DNA of 64,000 bases, taken from assembly GCA_964019425.1 (NCBI GenBank), contig OZ025790.1, positions 1,302,001 through 1,366,000 of the forward strand, read 5' to 3'. Positions within the stretch are counted from its first letter, which is position 1; every line of letters begins with the position of its first letter. Source of the DNA: Flectonema sp. DT1601 (Eukaryota). The notes beneath the pieces are model-generated. The model saw only the letters and a program-made list of their open reading frames with translations. It did no database searches and had not been told where the DNA came from. A program made the translations under genes and the position numbers. Below, one piece after another: positions 23,056 to 33,570 of the stretch.

Positions 23056-23166
23056 ATCTCACGATTCTTGTTCATATCGAACTCATCTTTCGCCTTTTAC
23101 TAAAGATGACCGTGGACATGCATCACTAAGTGAAAACTTAATTTTTATAGAGACCTCGCTGTCTCC
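23056..23166 (+). ncRNA. U5: U5 snRNA copy 2
   Basis: Matches copy 1. Confidence 0.92.
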
Positions 23167-23237
23167 TTTTAATTTTCTGGGATGTGTTGAGGCATCAAAA
23201 ATCCAATTTGATTAATTTTGAACTTCAGCCTCGTTCA

Positions 23238-23247
23238 GTTCGATTCC
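23238..23247 (+). promoter_or_regulatory. Extragenic B-box upstream of U2
   Basis: GTTCGATTCC, 86 nt upstream. Confidence 0.7.
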
Positions 23248-23323
23248 CAGTGACACACGGGTTTCTTCCTAAAATAAAGGATCCGACGTCTGCGGGGTAA
23301 GTGAAGTTGTTCTTTTCAAGTTC

Positions 23324-23513
23324 ATACCTTCTCGGCCTTTTGGCTAAGATCAAGTGTAGTATCTGTTCTTATCAGCTTAATATCTGATATGACACCTTGT
23401 GTGTCAACGATATTATAGTAATTTCTTGTTGGGGTGTCGGGTAGCTTGGGGCAACTCAGGTCCGGCACAAGTGTTGCCCTGGAGCTGCACCACATCCAGG
23501 AGTGGCACACCCA
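23324..23513 (+). ncRNA. U2: U2 snRNA copy 1
   Basis: ATACCTTCTCGGCCTTTTGGCTAAGATCAAGTGTAGTATCTGTTCTTATCAG..TAATATCTGATA; canonical GTAGTA branch-pairing sequence; stem IV; T-run. Confidence 0.97.
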
Positions 23514-23958
23514 TTTTTAATTAAGCAGAAGACAAAGTCTCTTTGCTGTGGAACCCTGAGGAGATTTGGTTCCGTTGGAGTCACAATGGATGTGATTCGA
23601 CGCAACTGTTGATCGAGAGTTCTAGTCACACCAGTCTACCATTGGATTTGAAGTTCTACTGTAGTGAGAGCCTGTTGCTTTTATTGAAAGCCTTACTGTC
23701 TTCCTAGCAGTGTGTTCAGACTTTGCTGAATTATACTAACTCGTTGAGCAGATTGTAAAATGAAATCGTTCGTAAGAAGGCTTTCAGTCGTTCTCGAGTT
23801 CTGATCAATCTACTGCACTATTCAAGAAAGCTGCTTTTCAGTATTTCCTTATTACTTTACGATTGTTGCCGCCATTTTGAACACTTCAGCAATTTTAATA
23901 TTTTAATAAATATTTTTGTCTTTCAGATTACTAAAAAAAAGAAGCAAATAAAACAACA

Positions 23959-25059
23959 ATGCAAGTTTTTGTGACGTGTCCGGATTTGGGTTTCCCTGCG
24001 GTGTCAGTCACAGTTGGTGCTGATTCTGTTGTGAGCGACGTGTTGACGACAGCGGCTGACGAGTGGGATGTCGATGCGGATGAAGTTGAACTGTCGTTCG
24101 CTGGTGATGCCCTTTGTGAAAATGAGCGGTTAGTAGATTATGGAGTGGGTGCAAACAGCGAGTTGGAAATACGGGAGAAGCTGGTTCGGATCTTCGGTAA
24201 AAACTGGTTTGTTGATGATAGAAAAAGGGAGAAGCTGCTTCTTTGGATGAAAGACCACATTACGGAGGATTTATGTCTGGACACTCCCACATTCTCAGAA
24301 GATGGTTGCCTCACTATTGACAAAGGGTTGCTTCCTTCAGATGCCAAACGGATTTCCTTCTGCCATTCGAACTCCAACAGCACGGTCATCTCACAAGTTG
24401 CTTTTATTGGAGATAATTTCTTGTCTCGTTGTTCACAAATAAGTTTTGTTGACCTTTCCGGTCTTAATAGTGTTTCTAGTATTGGACATAATTTTTTGGC
24501 TTTCTGTTTACACATCACTTCTGTTGACCTTTCCGGTCTTAGTGGTGTCACCAGTATTGGAAATAGCTTTTTAGCTCACTGTTTAGAAATAAGTTTTATT
24601 GACCTTTCAGGTCTTAGTAGTGTCACCAGTATTGGAAGTGATTTTTTGTCTAATTGTTCACACATCACTTCTCTTGACTTTTCAGGTCTTAGAAGTGTCA
24701 CCAGTATTGGAAATTATTTTTTGTATTCTTCACATATCACTTCTCTTGACCTTTCCGGTCTTAGTGGTGTCACCAGTATTGGAAATACTTTTTTAGCTTA
24801 CTGTACACAAATTAATTTTGTTAGCCTTTCAGGTCTTAGTAGTGTCACCAGTATTGGAAATCATTTCTTGTCTAAGTCTTCAGAAATCACTTCACTTGAC
24901 CTTTCGGGTCTTAGTAGTGTCACCAGTATTGGAGATGATTTTTTGTTTCGTTGTTCAAGAATCACTTCTCTTGACCTTTCCGGTCTTAGTGGTGTTTCCA
25001 GTTCAGTTATTAAAGGAAGTACTCGGGAGTTACAAAGAAAAACCGTTACGGTGACATAG
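23959..25059 (+). CDS. Ubiquitin-like domain + BspA-type leucine-rich repeat protein
   Basis: N-terminal MQVFV..LSFAGDAL..LVDYGV Ubl signature; about 8 repeats of about 25 aa (ITSLDLSGLSSVTSIGxxFL). Confidence 0.85.
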   Translation: MQVFVTCPDLGFPAVSVTVGADSVVSDVLTTAADEWDVDADEVELSFAGDALCENERLVDYGVGANSELEIREKLVRIFGKNWFVDDRKREKLLLWMKDHITEDLCLDTPTFSEDGCLTIDKGLLPSDAKRISFCHSNSNSTVISQVAFIGDNFLSRCSQISFVDLSGLNSVSSIGHNFLAFCLHITSVDLSGLSGVTSIGNSFLAHCLEISFIDLSGLSSVTSIGSDFLSNCSHITSLDFSGLRSVTSIGNYFLYSSHITSLDLSGLSGVTSIGNTFLAYCTQINFVSLSGLSSVTSIGNHFLSKSSEITSLDLSGLSSVTSIGDDFLFRCSRITSLDLSGLSGVSSSVIKGSTRELQRKTVTVT

Positions 25060-25316
25060 TCAAGTGGAGCTCAATCGGGTGTTGTAATTGAGGGGATGTG
25101 AGCAATATTATCTCATGTCATTTATTTATTTCTCTACTCAATAATGTCAAAGTTTGTTACTGTTTTTACATTAAGAAGATCGTCACATCAATGTTTTAGA
25201 AGCAGATGCTCTCGGGGGGGCAGACGCTTAAGAAGATTGAGAGGAGCAGATCATCACTCCACTTGGGTAGATAATACCACAGTCTGTGATGCTTTTAGAT
25301 AAAAGCATCACCGACG

Positions 25317-28300
25317 ATGGAGAGCACAGCCGGGGAGACGCTAGCGGAGTCAGGTGCACCGCCACCTTTGGCGGGGGAGCTGCAACTGCCGCCAGCAGCG
25401 GAAATAAACCGATCGGTGACGGCCATAGACGTGAAAACACATCGAATGGAGACCCTACCGATACACATTGCCCTGCGTGAGGGAACACTGGGGGATGAGG
25501 TGTCCCTGGCCGCGGAGGAGGACGCCGGGTTACAGCTGGACGAGGAAGAGAACAAGCCAGCGGTGTGTCAAATTATGTCGCCTGAGGGGGGAGTGGCTAC
25601 CGGGAGGAGCACAGAGGAGATTGGGAGGAGGACGGATCTCCATTTAAAGGAGAGCAAGATACCAGTGACGTCGCCGGGAAATGGATGCCGACGAACGCCT
25701 GATACAGAAGCCTGCTTCCGGTCCCTGTTAAACCCCCTGCGGATGGAGATGCTGACACAGTTAGCGCCCCCGCCACCATCGGACCGGAACAAACCGACAC
25801 CGCTGAGGATGGCGGATTACAGCACGTTGGCTGAGCGGTTGGACTCTGCTGACCAAGCCGGAGTGGAGAGGGGCACGGCACCGCATGGATGCATGGATGT
25901 CTCCACATGTCCCTTAGACCTGGGCCGGGATGTGGAGATGGAGGACTCGTGCCAAGACGTGCCGAGTGAGAAGTTGGAAGGAGCGGCACTGGACGTGGAG
26001 ATGATGGACCCGTGCCAGGACTGGTCGGATATGGGGGTGCTAGGGCCCGCCCAGAACACTGCGGAAGAGATGGGAAGGAGACAATCGGAAAAGGAGACAT
26101 TAGTAGCACCATCACACTTCGAGAGGACTACCCCAATGGCGAAGTCGTGCCTCGAGGGGCTAGAGAACCGGGGGGACACGTGCTACATGAACGTAGTCTC
26201 GCAGTGTCTGATCAAGGGGGTAGACCTCGGACTCGGTCGGATCAGAGAGCTCCCGCACGTGTGCGACCGGCTGTGCACGATTTGCATCCTAGCAGGGATA
26301 GCGGAAGGAAGTGGACGAGCCGTGAGCCAGATGGTACCTCTGGGCAGGGTGATGGCGGGGTTAACACGGCGAGGTGACGGAAGAGGGCAGCAGGACGCGC
26401 ATGAGTTGCTACTGCACCTAGTGGACGACATCCAGAGAAGAGCAGGAGCCGCGAGTCCGTTCTCGAGGATGTTCGCCTGTGGGATGGTTGTGACGACGTC
26501 GTGTGCCCGCTGCCTGAACGAGAAATCGATGCCGCAGGAAGAGCGTGGGCTGTTCGTGCATCGAGCCGCGGAGATACAGGAGGCGTTGTCGAACCTCTGG
26601 CTCTCCGTAAGGGTGACGGACTATGTATGTGATTCATGCGGGGAGAGAGGGCACTCAACGAGGAGGACGGAACTGGTGGCCGCGCCGGAGATACTGATCC
26701 TGTGTGTAGCGGGACGACCAGGAGCACTCCCGCGAATTCCTCTAAGTGAGAAAGTCTTACTGGAACCGCGAGACGGTGCCACATGGTATGAGCTGGGCGC
26801 AGTGGTGGTCCACCAGGGGATATCTGGGGTAGGCCACTACGTCTCTTTCACATGTGATGAGGAGGGCCGATGGCTACACCAGAACGACCGAGTGGAGAGG
26901 ACGGCTTCGTGGCGGGAGGTACAGGCATCGACACCTCACTTCATGCTGCTGAGGAGGCTGAAGGGACGGAAAGCCCCACGGCGGAGCAACAGTGGAGGCG
27001 ACCTGGAACCGAATGAGACAGCGCTGACGATGCCTGCCCCCGGGAGCAAAGTGCGCGAGTCAGCGGGAAGATTCAAATTCTACGCCATCGCGAATGGGAG
27101 GAATGGGTCCGGTGTAGTCACCAGCTGGGGTGAAGCGGAGCCGCTGGTGACGGGGTTGCGCTGTGCGGTGTTCAAAGGGTTCAACACCATGGTGGAGGCG
27201 GATGCGTTCATACGGGGAACGGACCCGGGACACCGGCAGGCAACCCTATCTGGACTGGCCCAGAGCATGGAGTGGTACGTGGTGTCGCGAGGGAGGCGAC
27301 CGGGATGCTACGCGACGTGGAGCGAGGCCTCGTTACAGGTACACTCGTTTCCTGGAGGGGTAGCAAAACGCGTGGAACACTCGCAGTCCCAGAGGCTGCG
27401 GGGACCGTGCTCCGTGGCGTACCTCTTTTTTGCGGGGATGAATAGAGCATACTTGCTGGAGAGCGGAGGTGGTGCGATGCTGAAACAATGGAGTTTCAAC
27501 CGCTTGGAGGGAGCGGGGGACCCAGCGATGCTCGTCCTCATGAGGGCAGTGCGTGATATCTTGTCGAGCTGTGGAGTCCTCGGCAAGCTGGGCGACGTCC
27601 AGGCGTACGGGCCTTTGGGGGGCTGGGAAGAGGGGGAATGGACACAGGTGGAGGGCATGGTCCAGAAGGCGAGTGGGGCGGGGATCTCCCTGAAGATCGC
27701 CGATCTACCGAGAGAGGTGAGACATAGCGCGTACGAGTGGTGCTACGGAGTCCCCGAAGGAATCCCAGAGAGGAAGCCAATGGTGTCTTTCCCCATGGTA
27801 GAGATGATCCCACGACCCGCGTTAGGCGACCGGCGAGGCCGGGTAGCGGAGGCGGTAAGGACACGCCCACTGGCGATAACACAGGGGCCGACCAAGCGGA
27901 GATTGGGAGGACGCTCGCCATCAGACCTGAAGAAGACAAAGTCGAGTGACCCGCGGAGGGACTCGATGGACGGCCCAGCTGGAGCTCCTTCATCGCACAT
28001 TGCATCAGATGGGCCACCCCTAGCGGAGGCCAAGGAAACCAGGCAACAAGGGTCGGACAATGCCCAACAGCAAAACAGACTGCAGGAGGACCCCAAGCCG
28101 GGTAGCGGACGTGTGACACCGGACTGCGAACATCGCACAGGGCCCGAACAGGCAGAGACACCAACAGGGGCTGACTCGCAACCGGGACGGGACAAACCGC
28201 CGACGGAGTCGAACGCGGAGGAGACAGCGTCGGCCGGTGGGATCGAGCAACAAGAATCAGAGAGCACACAACAGGAAATCAAAGTGCACGAAGATTCGAA

Positions 28301-29219
28301 GCAAGAGACCGTGACCCGACTCGCTGACGGAGAGGCGATACCTGTGCTGCCTGACTATGAGCTCCTGCAGGCAGAATTTGAGAAGGGAACAGCGACGGCG
28401 GAGGCACGTGCTGAGAGGGGGCGGCAGGAGGAGGAGGTTAATGTAGTAAAGAAGCCAGCCGAAGGAACCGAGCCACAAGAGTCAGAAAGCGCCCAACAGG
28501 AAAACAATCTGCTGGAAGACTCGAAGCTTGCAACCAAGACTGGGAGCGATGATGCAACACCGGTGCTGCTGGAGGAAGGGAGTTCCCCTCGAACCGTGTT
28601 GGATGAACAGACGGCGAAGGATCACGCAGGGGACGGCATGCGGCTGCAGCGAGCTGTGTCGTCGGAGACATCAGACTCCGAAATGACATGCATGGACACA
28701 GATGTGACGAATTCGGGCGATGATGACACCTCAACATGCTCGGCACCGTCGGAAGATCCACCTGAGCTGGGAAAGTGTCTGTGTGGAGACAGATGGCTCC
28801 CGAGGAACTTTAGGAGGAGACCCTTGGCTAGTAATGGGTGGTGCAACAGATGCCGCAGGAAGAGACTGAAGGGTACGTTGATGGTAAACTGTAGCAAATG
28901 CGACTTCGACCAATGCTGTGATCTGGCCGCGCTGAAAGCCAAACTCGCCAAGGAGGCGAAAAAGACGAAGACGAAGAGAAGGAGAGCCCATGACAAGGCG
29001 CGGAAGGGACCGGCTGGAGCTGACCGGGACCTTCTGTATCTGAGTAGTACAGACGCGTCGTCGTCGGGTTCGAAGACATTAGGGAACTTTGCGAGAGAGC
29101 TGGTGAGACGGCGGAGTAATAGAGGTAGGCTGCGGAAGCAAGTGTTTGGAAACAAGAGGAGAGTAGGAACAGGGAGCCTAACACGGTCATGCTCAGGTAA
29201 CGAAGAAGACGACGACTAG
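25317..29219 (+). CDS. GC-rich ORF: USP (C19) deubiquitinase + two RNase H1 N-terminal hybrid-binding domains + C-terminal Zn finger; probably mobile-element derived
   Basis: GLENRGDTCYMN Cys box, QQDAHELL, VVHQG..GHY His box, WLHQND; KFYAIANGR..W..FKGF and WYVVSRGRRPGCY.TW; CNRC..CSKCDFDQC; A-runs at about 29252-29277 and 29366-29396. Confidence 0.8.
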   Translation: MESTAGETLAESGAPPPLAGELQLPPAAEINRSVTAIDVKTHRMETLPIHIALREGTLGDEVSLAAEEDAGLQLDEEENKPAVCQIMSPEGGVATGRSTEEIGRRTDLHLKESKIPVTSPGNGCRRTPDTEACFRSLLNPLRMEMLTQLAPPPPSDRNKPTPLRMADYSTLAERLDSADQAGVERGTAPHGCMDVSTCPLDLGRDVEMEDSCQDVPSEKLEGAALDVEMMDPCQDWSDMGVLGPAQNTAEEMGRRQSEKETLVAPSHFERTTPMAKSCLEGLENRGDTCYMNVVSQCLIKGVDLGLGRIRELPHVCDRLCTICILAGIAEGSGRAVSQMVPLGRVMAGLTRRGDGRGQQDAHELLLHLVDDIQRRAGAASPFSRMFACGMVVTTSCARCLNEKSMPQEERGLFVHRAAEIQEALSNLWLSVRVTDYVCDSCGERGHSTRRTELVAAPEILILCVAGRPGALPRIPLSEKVLLEPRDGATWYELGAVVVHQGISGVGHYVSFTCDEEGRWLHQNDRVERTASWREVQASTPHFMLLRRLKGRKAPRRSNSGGDLEPNETALTMPAPGSKVRESAGRFKFYAIANGRNGSGVVTSWGEAEPLVTGLRCAVFKGFNTMVEADAFIRGTDPGHRQATLSGLAQSMEWYVVSRGRRPGCYATWSEASLQVHSFPGGVAKRVEHSQSQRLRGPCSVAYLFFAGMNRAYLLESGGGAMLKQWSFNRLEGAGDPAMLVLMRAVRDILSSCGVLGKLGDVQAYGPLGGWEEGEWTQVEGMVQKASGAGISLKIADLPREVRHSAYEWCYGVPEGIPERKPMVSFPMVEMIPRPALGDRRGRVAEAVRTRPLAITQGPTKRRLGGRSPSDLKKTKSSDPRRDSMDGPAGAPSSHIASDGPPLAEAKETRQQGSDNAQQQNRLQEDPKPGSGRVTPDCEHRTGPEQAETPTGADSQPGRDKPPTESNAEETASAGGIEQQESESTQQEIKVHEDSKQETVTRLADGEAIPVLPDYELLQAEFEKGTATAEARAERGRQEEEVNVVKKPAEGTEPQESESAQQENNLLEDSKLATKTGSDDATPVLLEEGSSPRTVLDEQTAKDHAGDGMRLQRAVSSETSDSEMTCMDTDVTNSGDDDTSTCSAPSEDPPELGKCLCGDRWLPRNFRRRPLASNGWCNRCRRKRLKGTLMVNCSKCDFDQCCDLAALKAKLAKEAKKTKTKRRRAHDKARKGPAGADRDLLYLSSTDASSSGSKTLGNFARELVRRRSNRGRLRKQVFGNKRRVGTGSLTRSCSGNEEDDD

Positions 29220-29365
29220 GAAGAAGGAACATGTGAAAAAAAGTGAAAGGGAAAAAAAAAAAAAAAAAAAAAAAAAAGGGTGAGCAAAAGAAAAGAACCA
29301 ATGCGTGCCCAGGGAACACTGTGAACGAGCTTACTATACTACTCGGGGGTTAAAAAGAAATGGGG

Positions 29366-29397
<32 letters not shown>

Positions 29398-30056
29398 CAA
29401 AACAAAACGTGACCTTGTGAGCCATCATGAGTTATAATTTACTTATCTTTTCTTCGCCATGGCGACGGGTAATCGTGGGACCTGTAAAACCAGCTTAAGA
29501 CTGTTGATGTGGTTTATATTTTTAGCACGCATTCATACATCATAAGGATCGCTGGTTCCGAGGGTTTGCTCTCCCACTTACCTGCCTCTCTATCCCTCAA
29601 AAAAAAAAAATAAAAGATGTGTGTTCGCTCACACATTCTTATCAAGTGTTTACTGGTTGCCATTGACCACCTTTTATTTTTAAAGTGTTCCCATTCCCTG
29701 GCATGGGTAATCACAAAAGCTAAACCCTGCTGATGTCCCTTCCCGAGAGGAAGTCTCCAACAGAAAGAGGCAGACAGTTTAGATACTACGAAGTAGTGAC
29801 CTTGATAGTTTTATAATGCGAGTTAACTTACTTATATTTTCGTTCTTCTTTGCCAGGTGCATACAACGATAGGATGCTAATTATTATTTTTTTTTAATTA
29901 GAGATTTCATGCACCAGTTAATATGAATTTCCTTTTGAAATTTGGGTTTGCATTTAAGAAAGAAGGCTGACAAAGGAAAGAGAGTTTTAATGCGACGAGT
30001 TATCACTTCTGTTCGTCCAGTTAGATTTCTACCTGGTTTTCTTCCTTTTCAAGTTC

Positions 30057-30246
30057 ATACCTTCTCGGCCTTTTGGCTAAGATCAAGTGTAGTATCTGTT
30101 CTTATCAGCTTAATATCTGATATGACACTTTGTGTGTCAACGATATTATAGTAATTTCTTGTTGGGGTGTCGGGTAGCTTGGGGCAACTCAGGTCCGGCA
30201 CAAGTGTTGCCCTGGAGCTGCACCACATCCAGGAGTGGCACACCCA
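30057..30246 (+). ncRNA. U2: U2 snRNA copy 2, lacking the -86/-87 B-box (possibly silent)
   Basis: Matches copy 1 except a C>T change in the stem IIb region; upstream region is degenerate and shortened. Confidence 0.85.
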
Positions 30247-30854
30247 TTTTTAATTAAAGCAGAAGACAAAGTCTCTTTTGAAATTTGAGAAGTTTCAGCA
30301 CCGTGAAGAAGAAAAATCTCTTCTTCACATAGTACTGAATGCTGTGTTTCCCAATTAATTGTGAGGGAAATTTCCCAGATTTGGTTCCGTTGGAGTCACA
30401 ATGGATGGGAAACAGAGCACAGATGTAATGTGGTTGTCGCAGTCAATCTCCATGGAATATTCTACGCTCACAATAACTTCGTGTGTTGTTAAATCTAAGA
30501 AGTACGAAATGTGAGATTTCATACATTGTGACAGGGATTTCTCTACTAGGAGCTTATTGAATCAGCAGTGGCGTTGTCAAAGTCAGTGAAGCCCGTCCTC
30601 TAAATATTAAAGACAGTTGTCATTAGAGAGTGCATCGATTGTGTTTTCGACAGTTGTAGCCATCTTTTTATATTTCGACAACGCTCATGTTTGTTTTGGA
30701 TGTGAGTGATTCAGTACAAACCAACACTATAATGGGATAACAGCAGAAGTCAGCAACAATGAAACGCGGGAAATTGTCGTCTCCGGAAGAATGCATATAA
30801 GATGTGACCGTGTGTCTATCGAGATCAGTTTCAGTAACTAGTTAATTCCTCCTC

Positions 30855-30973
30855 CATATTCTACAACACATATGGGGTTTTATCGATACCATCTTTTCAT
30901 TGGTTTGGCCGAACCCTATATTCGTTTTCAGTTTTAAGTTGCTTTAATTAATCATAATATCAAGTTACCCCCC
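30855..30973 (+). repeat. Dispersed repeat family B, diverged partial copy
   Basis: ccatattc..ggtttggccgaaccctat..tatcaagttacccc shared with the copies at 49630 and 61579. Confidence 0.75.
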
Positions 30974-31395
30974 GTCAGTCCCTTTTGTACCGCCTGTAGA
31001 AAGAGAATATGCCATTTTCGTATGCATTTGGTGACAGGACGGACCGTGATCGCGTCAACGAAGTATGTGCAGTACAGAAATAAACACGTACAGCAACACA
31101 TAACCAATTAACACAGGATGTTCGTAACAGAATGTTTAGAGGTCTTCCGCGTGAGGATGCACACGAAGCCAACTCACCGCTGCTTGCTGGTGGACTGGTT
31201 GCGTTAGTCGCCTTGTTCTTTGTTGTGTTTTGGTATGTTGACAATTGAGCTGTAAAATAACTTCATATTTTGTGCTGCCATACTATAGTGAGTGTTTCTT
31301 CGGAGGTCTTCCGATCGCTTTTCGTAGTGCGTCTCTTTCGGAACCCAGTAACTTCCATTTGTCTCTGGGTCCCTCCCAGAAAATGACGTTTTCGG

Positions 31396-31899
31396 TCACC
31401 GCACCGGGCGGTCTTCTTGTGTCGGCGGGGAGCAGATCGAGCTCGAGTCTGACGTCATCTTGTCTGAGTCATGGTCCATGATAGGCTCCGTGGTGGTTTC
31501 AGGCACAATATTTTTCTCGTGTGTGCTTGTTACCGCCTGTGAGACTTCCTTACCGTTCTCCTCCTTCCACTTTAACAATCTCCTCCCGACTTTTTCCTCA
31601 CCTCTCACCCATCGGTAGGCCTCTTCGCTGGCTTCGGGGGGCAGGCGCTCCAGCCTCAGCGTTGATCCAAGTCGATGCGCCATTCTCTGCGAGACCTCGA
31701 TGTATCGTCGGTGTGACTCTACTGAGTGCTCGAGTGAGCCGTACGCCACTATTTCCTTCACTGCGTCTCCGTAACTTAGTAACTGCGCCATCCCGATCCC
31801 TAACGCCTTACCCTCGCGGTTCGGCGAGCATTCATTCCTTGAGGGGGAATTTTTTCTTCGTAACGTTTTTGCGGTTTTCTGGTGTTTTGAGCTGGACAC
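31396..31899 (-). pseudogene. Relic related to the central domain of the USP/RNH-N ORF
   Basis: VAYGSL..LGSTLRLERLPPEASEEAYRWVRG aligns with VQAYGPL..AGISLKIADLPREVRHSAYEWCYG (27597-27749). Confidence 0.6.
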
Positions 31900-31904
31900 G
31901 CTTT

Positions 31905-32040
31905 GTCTTAAAGTAGTGTTTAAACGAGAACAAAAAAAAGATATGTTCTGTTTGCGCGATGACCAGCGGAAGACCGTGTCTTAAAGTAGTGTTTGACGGA
32001 CAAAAGAAAAGATGTGTCTGTTTGCGCGTTCACCAGCGGT
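31905..32040. repeat. Two-copy tandem repeat, about 73 bp unit
   Basis: gtcttaaagtagtgttt..tctgtttgcgcg..accagcgg twice. Confidence 0.8.
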
Positions 32041-32255
32041 CCAGTCTCCAGATATGATGAGAAGGACGTGAGCCAGTGTATTCGTATTGATACAGAACCT
32101 GTCGTTCTTCTGTTCCTGATTGAGAACATTAAGTCCTCTATGCAATCAACGGCAATCTAGATTACTTGTCTAACACACGTAACTTGAGCTGTTAGATAAT
32201 GGACACACTCAAATTCAATAAGTGTCGCATTTCGTGAGGTGCCTCTGCCTTCTGC

Positions 32256-32305
32256 AACCGTCACCCATCCGTATCCGTTGCCACGGATACGGATGGGTGA
32301 CGGTT
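32256..32305. repeat. Perfect inverted repeat, 23-bp arms, 4-nt loop
   Basis: AACCGTCACCCATCCGTATCCGT-TGCC-ACGGATACGGATGGGTGACGGTT. Confidence 0.95.
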
Positions 32306-33524
32306 TCTGTTAGTGTTATTTATTTACATAAACGTGAATAAAAAGGTATTTTTTTTTTTAAAAACAACCACCAAAACACAGGATTCGCAATCGCCCAGGA
32401 GACTACAAAAAGGTTAAGCAGCTGTAGTTGGCTCCAAGCAGTCGGTTTGTTGTCTAACTCGAGTTGAGAGGCTGCCCATCAGCAGCAATGGTGTCGCATG
32501 TCGTTTCACATTTATCAGTCAATTGCTGAGGTTACTTATTGTTTGGATACTCTCTGCATCTTTTGATGGATCTAGTGAGTCATCTCGCTTCCTATATTAT
32601 GGGAAACGGAAGTCGGGGTCGATTTATATAAAAAAGAAACACAAATAGAACGAAAAAAAGAAAAAAAAAAAAAAAAGAATCTGTTGTCCGAAAAAAAACA
32701 AATATGCAAAAAAAACATAAGAGATCGATAATTACGATTCTCCGCCTTACTTGACTCTCACCTCTAAAAAAAGAAACAAATAAAAATTATCATTAATCGT
32801 GAAGCCTAAAAAATGACACTCGTCAACAGGTTTCCTAAAAAAGACTGACTTGGAATTGGCATCCATACAAACGAAAGAAGAAGGGAAAAAAAAAGATAAA
32901 TAAAAGAACTAACCTGTCCTCCGAAACTCTAAAATGTTTACTTTTTTTTTGCAGCTATTTATGTGACACATTCGAGTCAATATATGAGTTTGCTTTTTTT
33001 TTTTGTTGGATGGATGGGAAAAAAAGAAAAAAAAAAAAAGAATCATCAGCCAAACTTATCATCATTTTTGGATTTTTTTTTCTTTTTTTTTTTTTTCCCC
33101 CTTTTTGAGCTTGAAAATGCAGTATCAAATTACCCCTTTTTAAAAATAACATAACGGAATACATAATATTGTATTCGTAAGTCAAAAGACTGAAATTTTG
33201 TTTTCGTTTAGTAAAAGAGACTATGCTCGCGTATCAACTATGCTAGGGAGGCATCCCAGCACTTTTTTTTTTTTTGAAAGAAAAGAGAGTGAAAGGGGAG
33301 GAGGAGGAGAAAAAAAAAAAGCACTTTTTGCAAAATCCTTAGCTGGAGATTAAATGCATTTCGGGTGTTTTTTTTTTTTTCTTCTTAACAATAAAATCCC
33401 CGTCGTGGAGAGAGCTGTCATCCGGAGTCTCATTGAAAAAGTAAAATTATTTTACCCTTTTTTTTTTTTGAGTAAAATAAATGGAATTTCCGTTTTTATT
33501 TTTTTCTCTGAAAAAAAAAAAATC

Positions 33525-33570
33525 GAATCATCATCTACCCATCTATTTATAGATGGGTAGATGATGATTC
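33525..33570. repeat. Perfect inverted repeat, 22-bp arms, 2-nt loop
   Basis: GAATCATCATCTACCCATCTAT-TT-ATAGATGGGTAGATGATGATTC. Confidence 0.95.

Noticed and set aside
23322..23510. Thrice-repeated 62-aa minus-strand ORF (MCHSWMW...) and similar small ORFs at 5762, 22078, 22985 and 40041
   Set aside because: They are incidental translations of U2, U5 and U1 genes.
24400..25000. CRISPR-like regularly spaced repeats
   Set aside because: These are in-frame 75-nt LRR coding repeats in a eukaryotic gene; there are no unique spacers or cas genes.
25228..29319. Many overlapping alternative-frame and antisense ORFs
   Set aside because: Expected by-product of high GC in the main ORF; no motifs.
23324..30246. 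U2-specific retrotransposon (Utopia/Keno-type) insertion explaining the USP island between two U2 copies
   Set aside because: Both U2 copies are uninterrupted and hundreds of bases from the island. No RT, endonuclease or target duplication was seen.
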